Assembly (NCBI GenBank): GCA_014859835.1
Contig: JACZKW010000104.1
Coordinates: 51,608 to 115,607 of the forward strand
Source: Thermoplasmata archaeon
GTDB taxonomy: Archaea > Thermoplasmatota > Thermoplasmata > UBA10834
Direction of reading: 5' to 3'
Length of the DNA: 64,000 bases
Part shown: positions 41,868-50,267 of the stretch, piece after piece
Layout of the letters: the number at the start of each line of letters is the position of its first letter
Numbering within the stretch: position 1 is the stretch's first letter
Made by a program: the position numbers and the translations under genes
The notes under the pieces: model-generated
What the model saw: only the letters and a program-made list of their open reading frames with translations
Databases searched by the model: none
What the model was told of the DNA's origin: nothing

Positions 41868-42400
41868 AGGAGAGCGTCGACTATATCCTGAAGAGCATTC
41901 AGCAAACGCTCGAGAACGAGGTCGAGGAGACAGACAAGTTTGTAGATGCCATTATGGAATCACGCAGGATATTCATCTATGGTGTCGGCCGTTCCGGCCT
42001 GATAGCCAAGGCATTCGCGATAAGACTGGTTCAGATGGGGTTAGAAGTCTATTTTGTAGGGGAGACCATCACACCCATTGTCGAGGAAGGGAACCTGGTG
42101 ATAATCGTGTCGCACACAGGTGAGACGATGTCCGCCATCCAGACCGCGAATATCGTACGAAGGGTCGGGGCGAGGGTGATCACGATCACTGCCAATGCCC
42201 ACTCGAAGCTCGCGAGCGCATCCAATCTAGTCATGTTAATACATCCTCCGAAGGATGATGACAGGAAGACTCTCGCACCGCTTGGAACCCTTTTCGAGAA
42301 TGCCACCCTGATCTATCTCGATAGCATGGTCGCCAGGCTGATGGAGAAGCTCGGGCAGAGTGAGGGGTCTCTCAGGAAGCGGCATGCGATCTGGGTCTAG
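41864..42400 (+). CDS. hxlB: 6-phospho-3-hexuloisomerase (SIS domain)
   Basis: GVGRSG, FAIRL, VGETITP, SHTGET, APLGTLFE, RHA. Confidence 0.88.
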   Translation: MKESVDYILKSIQQTLENEVEETDKFVDAIMESRRIFIYGVGRSGLIAKAFAIRLVQMGLEVYFVGETITPIVEEGNLVIIVSHTGETMSAIQTANIVRRVGARVITITANAHSKLASASNLVMLIHPPKDDDRKTLAPLGTLFENATLIYLDSMVARLMEKLGQSEGSLRKRHAIWV

Positions 42401-43554
42401 ACACGGTCCATAATCTCGTCCGTTTCGAGATTATCCGCAGATTCAGTTTTTGATTTGATCCTCTGCTTCTTTCGGATGAGATAGAACGCCAGCACAGATA
42501 CCGTTGCGACCGCAATGAGCCCGACGAACGCTGGCAGATATTCCATTATCCAATCGCTGACCCCACCAACAAATCCCGATTCATCGATTCCGATGATAGT
42601 CTCGTCTTCAATGGAACATGTGTCATTGGAGATAAGGAGGGCGGAATGCAGCATCAGACCAGCGCCTGTCGTGTAACACGATGAGCCAAGGATATGATCA
42701 TATGACGATGAACCGTTGCTCATCAGTGCGGCTGTGCCCCACAGAAAATGTGCCTGGGAGGCGTTATCCTCCTTGGTGTACATAATGCGCTGGACCACGT
42801 CATCTGTCTGCCTGAGAGGTCTCGTATAGTTTGCACCGAGAAGAGTCTCATCGTCCCAGCCAGACAAGAGCGTCAGAACCTCATCGGATTGGAAATCATC
42901 CTCGGTCACCACAAACGAATTCGTAGTTCCTCCACCTTGCAGGAATCGCTCAAGTGCGATGTAATCCGCAGATGTGGAATTGGTGATCCGAATCGTCATG
43001 TTTACGCGCATTTCAGTCTTGCCAGACACTATATAGCTGCCCGTCGGGGCGGTATAGGTTACAGAGTTCTCAGTCAAGCAGAACCAGAAAGTGACATTCG
43101 CCCAGTTCTCAATGATGGCTGGACCCTCTCCAGATATGTTGTACACCGATGTCTCCGCAGACATGCTGAACATGGCGTATTCGCCCATATCGGGTGTGTG
43201 ATCCTCGATTATCGAGGAGAGGTGCCATGTAGCATGATTGGAGTCGAAGAACACTGTGCCAACGGCTTCGGATCTGCAAAAAACTCCATTGTCATCAGAG
43301 TCATTGAACATATGGATTCGAGGGAAACTAGCCTCGAACGTCGGCGAGAATGGATCATCCGTATGCCAGAATATGATTCGTGGCCAGTCATTGGTCACGG
43401 CAACAGAAAAAATGCCGGATATCATGCTCACCTTGGTCTCGTCGGCTGAGACATATAGAGTGTAGTCGCCAGCTCCTGATACGTTCATGGGGAGGGACGA
43501 TGATACTATGGCGATCACCGCGATCATGCAGGCAAGTCGACACACATTCGTCAC
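42397..43554 (-). CDS. secreted/membrane-anchored hypothetical protein (start uncertain)
   Basis: Hydrophobic signal, many N-x-S/T sequons, C-terminal TM followed by RKKQRIKSK. Confidence 0.7.
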   Translation of the reverse strand: MTNVCRLACMIAVIAIVSSSLPMNVSGAGDYTLYVSADETKVSMISGIFSVAVTNDWPRIIFWHTDDPFSPTFEASFPRIHMFNDSDDNGVFCRSEAVGTVFFDSNHATWHLSSIIEDHTPDMGEYAMFSMSAETSVYNISGEGPAIIENWANVTFWFCLTENSVTYTAPTGSYIVSGKTEMRVNMTIRITNSTSADYIALERFLQGGGTTNSFVVTEDDFQSDEVLTLLSGWDDETLLGANYTRPLRQTDDVVQRIMYTKEDNASQAHFLWGTAALMSNGSSSYDHILGSSCYTTGAGLMLHSALLISNDTCSIEDETIIGIDESGFVGGVSDWIMEYLPAFVGLIAVATVSVLAFYLIRKKQRIKSKTESADNLETDEIMDRV

Positions 43555-43635
43555 TCTACATCCCCGACTCCTCAGTCCATAACACAAATGAACCCGAAAA
43601 ACCTTTCCAGAGATATCCGCACAGGCTATATGCAT

Positions 43636-44280
43636 TCATCTTGTTCTGAGCCGGCGAGTGCGTTGACGATTCTCGACAGTCCCACTTTCACGAGCCGCGC
43701 AAGTCAGGGCAAACGGAACCTCGCGATACCCCTGGTTAGAGAGCTTGAATACCTTGATATCGGCATTTATCGGATCAACTACAAGCGCAGAATGGAAAGG
43801 CTGGTCGAACATGGTCTTTTGCGTGTAGAGGTCCGTCTTTGAAAGGAAACACGTGTGTCCAGGATGGGAATGGTACCAGCCGACTATGACATAATCGAAT
43901 CCTGATCGATCGAGTTCGCCGAAGAGTCGCGGAAGCGCCCTGTGGTCAAACCTGACCTTCGCGGTTGTGTTCTTCAGAGAGGTTGTGCCGATATCCCAGA
44001 CGATCGTGTACGTCTCACCTCTCCAAGAACACACCTCGCCCAACATGAACCCCATCACCTCGAGTCTCTTTGGAGCCGATTCCTCCGCTTGGGACACGAT
44101 CTTGCAGTTCGCAGCTTCGGACAAGTACACCTCAAAAGTTGGCCCAGATTCAAGGACTCGATGGAATACAGAAAGGGATTCCTCAGATAACCAATCATGA
44201 GGACCAATGCTGTCAACTGACGGCGGCGCCGTCTTTGAGATCTTGAGCTGGATCTCGCTAACGATCCTGGGTCTAGGCAT
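43636..44280 (-). CDS. JAMM/MPN+ metalloprotease, Rpn11/CSN5-like
   Basis: EVMGFMLG...IVGWYHSHPGHTCFLSKTD..TQ...ALVVDP (E-HxH-S-D intact). Confidence 0.93.
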   Translation of the reverse strand: MPRPRIVSEIQLKISKTAPPSVDSIGPHDWLSEESLSVFHRVLESGPTFEVYLSEAANCKIVSQAEESAPKRLEVMGFMLGEVCSWRGETYTIVWDIGTTSLKNTTAKVRFDHRALPRLFGELDRSGFDYVIVGWYHSHPGHTCFLSKTDLYTQKTMFDQPFHSALVVDPINADIKVFKLSNQGYREVPFALTCAARESGTVENRQRTRRLRTR

Positions 44281-44794
44281 CGGAACCCCCTACGATCCTG
44301 ATTCTGCGGTCCGTCTGATCCATCACCGTAGGAGGCTGATATCTCATACGATTGAAGTATGCAGCGGCCCGAGTACATGTGTCGCACCCGAACGGGTTTC
44401 TAGGATTCGGATTAACCAGAAGCGACTCGATGCCCCTTATGAATGTGGCCAAGGTCGAGCTGAAATCCCATTTCTCCAGCAATCTCGTACATACATAACC
44501 GCCGTCCTCGGGAGGCATTATGTTCGGATGGAATATGGGAGTCTGCCACTTGACGATCGGTTTCTCGACTGGATACTCCTCACTTATCAGAATCGCGATT
44601 TTGTGGACGAACCTGTGCACGATCTTGTTCTCCTCCCATGTAGGGCCTGGCACGCGGAGCATGTGCACGTTGATCAGGATGGGGAAGGAGGTAAGGGTCG
44701 GGTCAGAGACGGTGATATGGTGTCTGAGCTCACGCTGACATATCTCTATCTCGTTTTTCAAACGCTTTCTGAGCACATCCACCGGAAGAGACAT
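44273..44794 (-). CDS. ubiquitin-conjugating enzyme E2 (UBC fold)
   Basis: KRLKNE helix, YPVEKP, TPIFHPNI...GYVC, W, SLLVNPN..P. Confidence 0.92.
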   Translation of the reverse strand: MSLPVDVLRKRLKNEIEICQRELRHHITVSDPTLTSFPILINVHMLRVPGPTWEENKIVHRFVHKIAILISEEYPVEKPIVKWQTPIFHPNIMPPEDGGYVCTRLLEKWDFSSTLATFIRGIESLLVNPNPRNPFGCDTCTRAAAYFNRMRYQPPTVMDQTDRRIRIVGGSDA

Positions 44795-44799
44795 CCCGA

Positions 44800-45039
44800 C
44801 TATCCGCCTTCAGGATCTGGAATGAGTTCCAGCACATCTTCGGCAATTATCCCGGAATCCTTTATCGAGGAACCACCGCGAAGAACCTTCTTGCCTTTCC
44901 TTAGGACATATGCGCCCATGTCCTTGTTCCAAAAGGTGGCGGCACTCTCGATGATCTCATCGACGGTATTGTCACCCTCCAGCTCCATCTCGACTGCAGC
45001 ACCGGTCTCTGCATTCTTAACTTTGAGTCTGAAAGTCAG
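44800..45039 (-). CDS. ubiquitin-like protein, 79 aa, C-terminal Gly-Gly (probable CTG start)
   Basis: (M)TFRLKVKNAETGAAVEMELEGDNTVDEII...YVLRKGKKVL...SIKDSGI...VLELIPDPEGG*; aligns by eye with ubiquitin; lies between E1 and E2. Confidence 0.85.
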   Translation of the reverse strand: MTFRLKVKNAETGAAVEMELEGDNTVDEIIESAATFWNKDMGAYVLRKGKKVLRGGSSIKDSGIIAEDVLELIPDPEGG

Positions 45040-45071
45040 AAAGATCGCCTATACGACTGACGGCTGTTGAC

Positions 45072-45078
45072 ATTATAT
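45072..45078 (-). promoter_or_regulatory. putative internal promoter upstream of the Ubl gene
   Basis: Minus strand CGAAAACG-ATATAAT (BRE/TATA-like), about 35 nt upstream of the CTG. Confidence 0.35.
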
Positions 45079-45111
45079 CGTTTTCGGATACCTGTAGCAA
45101 CACCGGAGGCC

Positions 45112-45894
45112 TCAGTGATTCGGACAAAGCGGATCGATATCGAATTCCAGCTCTTCTGAGACATTCCTCTGACCGTCGTAGAAGAAGGCATTTGACAGCA
45201 TCATATCAGCCCTACCGGATACGAACTTCAGGCACTCCCTGACCATGATAGCCGATATGACACTCGTAGTCGTGATCTCGGCTGGAAGTCGAGGTTCATG
45301 GAATACCACATCCTTCCCAGTACAGCTGAATCGAAGGTTCGCAACCTTCGCATGTGATCGGTTCATGCCGCATTGGATGCATGCGCCATTCGGGGGATTG
45401 GCAACGAAGACTCGGCCAACGAACCCCTCCATTCCGCCATCGATCAGTGTCTTCCCGAATCGATATGATCGTGAATTCACATGGAGCCGAGTAGGGATAT
45501 TGTCAAGACAACCAAGTATGATGTCGTGGACCCTATACAGCCCTTCATCCAATTCCTCGATCATGGATGAGACCGATTCGACATTGGCATGCTCAGAGAG
45601 GGCATTCATTCCACGGGCGACCACTTCGGCTTTGGGACTCCTTCTGGAAACGTCCTCTCGTGAGAAGAAGAGACATCTGTTCAGGTTCGAGCCCATGACG
45701 TGGTCCATATCGACAACTGTCACATAACGAAAGCCTGAGAGGACCAGGTTCTTCCCGACCTCGTTTCCCAAAGCACCTGCGCCAACCATCAGAACCTTGG
45801 TTCTGAACACCGCGTCGAGGTCAAGCCATCCTATCCGACGAGCTCTGTCGAAGGGCTCGTCATCTACCGCGCCTATCCTAAGCTGTTCCTCCAT
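45112..45894 (-). CDS. E1/ThiF-family ubiquitin-like activating enzyme
   Basis: GAGALGNE, DMD...SNLNR, K, LDN..R, DGG, CIQC, candidate catalytic RFSCT, terminal CPNH. Confidence 0.92.
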   Translation of the reverse strand: MEEQLRIGAVDDEPFDRARRIGWLDLDAVFRTKVLMVGAGALGNEVGKNLVLSGFRYVTVVDMDHVMGSNLNRCLFFSREDVSRRSPKAEVVARGMNALSEHANVESVSSMIEELDEGLYRVHDIILGCLDNIPTRLHVNSRSYRFGKTLIDGGMEGFVGRVFVANPPNGACIQCGMNRSHAKVANLRFSCTGKDVVFHEPRLPAEITTTSVISAIMVRECLKFVSGRADMMLSNAFFYDGQRNVSEELEFDIDPLCPNH

Positions 45895-45933
45895 CGGTCA
45901 GTGGTAAGGTCCGAAATGGAATTAAAGGTTGCC

Positions 45934-47052
45934 TCAATCCCAGGTCAGCTTCCCCTTGCGCATCAGTTCGGTCTCTCGTCCCGAAGCGGACACTGCAGTT
46001 ATCGTTGGGGCTTTGACCAGGCCGTCCAAATGGATCAGGGAATCCGCGTCGCCATCATAGTTGCTCCCAACTGCGAAGTGGCATGTGCCATAGACCTTCT
46101 CGTCCTCGAGCATGTTTGCGACAATCCTAGCTTTCCTGTTGAGACCGATGCCCAGTTCACCGATGCTCTCTGTGTTCTTGATGTAACTCTCGACCTCTGA
46201 AGATTTCAACAGACCGTCATTGCCCATCGAGCGGGCCTTTCTCTTGGCGATCCTAATCGAGTTCCTCAGAGCATTGGCCTCCTTCGTGCCAGTTATCTTC
46301 GTTATGTATCCATCCTTGATGTGAGCAACGATGGGATCGCGTATCACGATCTCTCCATCGTTGAGGACGATGGACCCGTCGAATGCGATTACGCCATTGG
46401 TGGTGCCCAATGCGGGAGAGACATAGACTTCGCCCGAGGGGATATTCCCACCGCGACCCTTCTTCCTGAAATCCCCGTCATCCATCTTGGCGATGCGGCC
46501 CTTCAACCCGATCACAAGATCGGTTCCCCCTGGAGCGGTAACCCTGACTGTTTCGGAACCTTTGAGAATCGCGCATATCCTTTTGCAATCCTTCCTCAGA
46601 CGAGTGTAATCGATCGGGACTGTTCGTCTGAACATGTCGCGGGTGATACCAGGTGACCAGAAGGCCCTAGCCTTCTCCTCCTCGTAGAGCATTTCGAAAA
46701 TGTCATTGTACTTCCTCTTCCCAGTATATCCTTCGAGAAGGCCGTGCTTATCCTTCCCGAACCGGTCCTTGCTTATCGACAGGATCACATCAGGCTCCGA
46801 AGACATCGCTGTGATGACATCCTTCTCCGCGAAGTCGAACTGACCCTTCTCCCTCTGGAACATCAGGACAGGCTTGGCCTTGACATTCATCGCTGCATCG
46901 AAGATCGCCATCGATATCTCGCGAACATCCTTGTTCGGGTTCGATATTATCAGAATCCGCTCGTCCTTCTTCAGAGCTAGGACATCCTTGACCGCAGCTT
47001 TCGCGCCCACTGCCAGAGAACGATCGTACCCTCTGCCTTCTGAGAATTGCAT
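45934..47052 (-). CDS. M29-like aminopeptidase
   Basis: GTDL, GNIPSGEVY, GELGIGLN, LEDEK..GTCHFAVG, HLD. Confidence 0.88.
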   Translation of the reverse strand: MQFSEGRGYDRSLAVGAKAAVKDVLALKKDERILIISNPNKDVREISMAIFDAAMNVKAKPVLMFQREKGQFDFAEKDVITAMSSEPDVILSISKDRFGKDKHGLLEGYTGKRKYNDIFEMLYEEEKARAFWSPGITRDMFRRTVPIDYTRLRKDCKRICAILKGSETVRVTAPGGTDLVIGLKGRIAKMDDGDFRKKGRGGNIPSGEVYVSPALGTTNGVIAFDGSIVLNDGEIVIRDPIVAHIKDGYITKITGTKEANALRNSIRIAKRKARSMGNDGLLKSSEVESYIKNTESIGELGIGLNRKARIVANMLEDEKVYGTCHFAVGSNYDGDADSLIHLDGLVKAPTITAVSASGRETELMRKGKLTWD

Positions 47053-47098
47053 GCCCTCACACCTTCGGGGGTGATTCTGCTACATCCCACTTAAGTCT

Positions 47099-48556
47099 TC
47101 AGTCGAGATAGTTCACCTTAACGGGACGAACGCCTGCCATTTCATCGTATTTCGATAGGAGTGCGATTATCTGCTCCTTGACTGATCGCTCGACCCCCAT
47201 CGGCTCGTGCTCTTTTAGGATTCTCCGCGCTTCGTTCCTCGCAGCGACTCTGAGAGGTTCCGTGTCCGAACCTATTATCGACGGAAGCATGGCGATCTTA
47301 GGTAGGAGCATCTCCTTCCGGAAATTGCGCAGGGTGTGCGGATCCTTCATGAAATAGCCGCCTGGACCGACTCTCGATATGACATCGAAACCCAATGTGC
47401 TGTCGGATACCTCTACCCCTCTCCAAGCGCGCAGGACGTTCCTCCACAACTCGCAATCCATCACGATCTGCTCGACCGACTCGACTCCAGAGCGCTCGAA
47501 ACCGCCGATCCCGACGATCTGATCGGCCCCGGCCATCGCGGGAAGGAGACTGCTGATCGCCTTCTGGTATCCGATCTCGTAGCCAGGCACACAGCCTGAC
47601 GCCGCAGTCCCGCCCACTTGTGAAGGCAGACCGTATCTGCGGGCCATCTGACAGCCAGCAGCGTTGATCAAAGCACCTTCGGTCGAGCCGGACAGGAAGA
47701 CGCCAGTCTTCATGTCCATCGGTCCAGACTCTGAGCTGTAGAGGATTGGCGCACCAGACTTTGCCAGCTCCGATATGACTGCGCCCGCGAGGTTCTCAGC
47801 GTTGACGAGCGAGATCGTACCTGCAAGCGTCACTGGTGCCACGGAGCCTGATATGGCCATGGACAGGTGGACGACTGGAAGGCCCGCCTTTGCGAACTCG
47901 ACGACAGCATCGATATCGCCCTCCTCGTATCTGAGCGGGGTTATGGGCGTGTGCGTGATCGAGATTATCGGCCTCTTGGCGAGTCCCTCCTCGGAACCGA
48001 CTATCGCAGCGGCCGCCTCTATCTGGAACCTGGCGTCCTCGATGGAACCCGCACCGTGCTGAATGTGTTTTCCAGTGTTGAATATCGATGCGACGAATTC
48101 GTGATTGTTGGAAACATCTGGTGGCAAATCTGTGGCGACGACTTCTGGCCAATATAGATCCACTTCGGGCATGGCATCGCATACACGCGTGAGGTCGATC
48201 AGATCCCTCATAGTAGCTTTGCGCCTCTTCTGGGTATCCATGTCCCAGACATCGGTCGGCTGTCCGTCATTAACGCCATATATCCTATCCGTTGCCGGAA
48301 GTCTCAGGTCCCGTCTCTTGTCTCTACCACACATCGTGAATTCCTTAGGGGCCTTGGACAACGCCTCCTTGACCATCGCCTCCGATATCTTCACGATCTG
48401 TGCATTCTCATCCACGATCCCCCCGGCGTCCTTCAACATCTTGAGAACCTTGGGGCTCGTCACCTTAATCCCCACATTCTCCAGTATCTTGATCGATTCC
48501 AGGTGCACTGCATCTTCCTGTTCAGAATTCAATGGATCGTAGACAGCCTTGGCCAA
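47099..48556 (-). CDS. trimethylamine methyltransferase (MttB) superfamily protein, non-pyrrolysine
   Basis: ILENVGI, APKEF, PITPL, APVTLAG...NAENLAG, DMKTG, YGLPS, EQIVMD, VGPGG.F; no in-frame TAG. Confidence 0.9.
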   Translation of the reverse strand: MAKAVYDPLNSEQEDAVHLESIKILENVGIKVTSPKVLKMLKDAGGIVDENAQIVKISEAMVKEALSKAPKEFTMCGRDKRRDLRLPATDRIYGVNDGQPTDVWDMDTQKRRKATMRDLIDLTRVCDAMPEVDLYWPEVVATDLPPDVSNNHEFVASIFNTGKHIQHGAGSIEDARFQIEAAAAIVGSEEGLAKRPIISITHTPITPLRYEEGDIDAVVEFAKAGLPVVHLSMAISGSVAPVTLAGTISLVNAENLAGAVISELAKSGAPILYSSESGPMDMKTGVFLSGSTEGALINAAGCQMARRYGLPSQVGGTAASGCVPGYEIGYQKAISSLLPAMAGADQIVGIGGFERSGVESVEQIVMDCELWRNVLRAWRGVEVSDSTLGFDVISRVGPGGYFMKDPHTLRNFRKEMLLPKIAMLPSIIGSDTEPLRVAARNEARRILKEHEPMGVERSVKEQIIALLSKYDEMAGVRPVKVNYLD

Positions 48557-48651
48557 CCTATCATCCTGAGGGTGAAACCTATTACTGCCATAAAAAACCC
48601 GAAGTCGCTGACGAGACAAGATAGATCATATCAGTCAGACCGGCAGACAGA

Positions 48652-49179
48652 TCATTCCTTCGAACGGAACCTCTCGATTGCTTTCTCCTCGAGCCGCCTG
48701 GACCGTCTAGCGAACGATTCCTTATTCCTGCGGACATCCTCGTCGGTCTCCAGCACCAGTTGAGGTACGGAGACAGGCCTGCCATCGGAATCGAGGGCAA
48801 CCACGGTCAGATAGGAAGAACCCGTGTGCCTTGTCTCCCCTGTCCTCGGATCCATGGCTTCCACACGGACTCCGACCTCCATTGACGAGTGCCAGACAGC
48901 GTTCACGTTCGCCTTCAGTGTGAGAAGGTCACCGACATGAACTGGAGACAGGAAGGACATTCGGTCCACGGATGCCGTGACGACGTTGGTGCGAGTATGC
49001 CTCGTGGCTGCTACATAGGCTATCTCATCGACCATCTTCAGGATGGTGCCGCCGAACACATTCCCGGCGACGTTGGCATCCTGTGGCATCATCACCCTGG
49101 CGACCATCGTCTTTGATTCAGAGACCGTCCGTTCATCCATTAGCGACACCTGGTTCCCAATTTCTTCCGATCCAATCAC
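48652..49179 (-). CDS. acyl-CoA thioesterase (hotdog fold, YciA-like); start uncertain
   Basis: DANVAGNVFGG, DE, VVTASVD, SSMEVGV, VALD..GRP. Confidence 0.92.
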   Translation of the reverse strand: MIGSEEIGNQVSLMDERTVSESKTMVARVMMPQDANVAGNVFGGTILKMVDEIAYVAATRHTRTNVVTASVDRMSFLSPVHVGDLLTLKANVNAVWHSSMEVGVRVEAMDPRTGETRHTGSSYLTVVALDSDGRPVSVPQLVLETDEDVRRNKESFARRSRRLEEKAIERFRSKE

Positions 49180-50162
49180 TGAACTGGGGGAGCAGGTGGC
49201 GGTGGGGGCATCGGCTGTTGCGGCTGCTGCGGAATCCGCTTCTTCCGCATCGTGAGGAGCACGACCGCGACGATAGCTACCAAGGCCACTGCAACACCTA
49301 CAACGACCAGGATCATCAACACTTGCGAAGCGGAGGCGTACTTATATTCCTTCAATTCGAGAACAACTGATGGTGTGCTGTCTCCCATTTCATAGTTCGC
49401 GATCTTGACGTAGTAGCCCACCTCATCGCAGTACCATCTGACTTCGTAGCTGTCATCTGATTCATCCATGATGGTTATCTTCAGACAGTCGAATGTGCCC
49501 GCGTCGGTTGTCAGTGACTCCTCGGCGACTGCGATCGTGAACGAATAGGTTTTCTCATCCGAATCAGAAGATGTGGATGTCATCGTCCCATCCTCCCACT
49601 CGGTATAAGTCGTGGTCTCGACGACCGTCTCGCTCCATGAATCGCCGACGCCCATCTCATCTGGCACCAATCCGGTCCCGATCGGAGGTGATGCTGTGGA
49701 GACATCCTGCGTTTCCATCCTGATCGTGAGCTCAACCTGGTTCATGACCGCTGTTGAGTTGATCCAGATGTACATGTCGTCCTTTACGGTCGCCAGTCCA
49801 TCCTTTAGCTCGTATGTGAATCCTGAATAGACCATAGATACGGTGGTGTTCACTCCCCAGACCTCACCGCTTCCAGAGATGCTCCCTGAATATTGGAGCA
49901 CATCAACGACGTAGGAATCGCTTCCGACCGTCAGTGTGTCCTCGTCCACGACCGTGAGAGTCATGTCACCAACGACATCAAAGTCGTCGATGTCCACGGA
50001 CATTTCATATGTCCAGTAATCCCCGTTCGACCGATCGAGCGCGGCGGCCGGAACGGAGGCAGCACAGAATGCGAGAGACAATACGATTGCGAATATACAC
50101 CCAGCATACCCTCTAGAAATCCTCATCCAAATCCCATCCAACAAGCTTCTTACCGGTAACAT
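49176..50162 (-). CDS. membrane-anchored surface protein with Pro-rich cytoplasmic tail
   Basis: Signal peptide, GDYWTY, AGTFDC, WY..EVG..VK; C-terminal TM, then RKKR and QPMPPPPPAPP. Confidence 0.8.
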   Translation of the reverse strand: MLPVRSLLDGIWMRISRGYAGCIFAIVLSLAFCAASVPAAALDRSNGDYWTYEMSVDIDDFDVVGDMTLTVVDEDTLTVGSDSYVVDVLQYSGSISGSGEVWGVNTTVSMVYSGFTYELKDGLATVKDDMYIWINSTAVMNQVELTIRMETQDVSTASPPIGTGLVPDEMGVGDSWSETVVETTTYTEWEDGTMTSTSSDSDEKTYSFTIAVAEESLTTDAGTFDCLKITIMDESDDSYEVRWYCDEVGYYVKIANYEMGDSTPSVVLELKEYKYASASQVLMILVVVGVAVALVAIVAVVLLTMRKKRIPQQPQQPMPPPPPAPPVQ

Positions 50163-50267
50163 GGAGCAGCATCAGGTGGTAAAAACCTTTTGTTTTGATT
50201 CATATGAGCGGACAAAGCCACGGGAAAGCATATATTGCCGGATACTGTAACCATCGCCAGTGGCCGC

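Noticed and set aside
44207-45070. 287-aa + strand ORF across the E2/Ubl genes
   Set aside because: Antisense shadow of motif-bearing minus-strand genes
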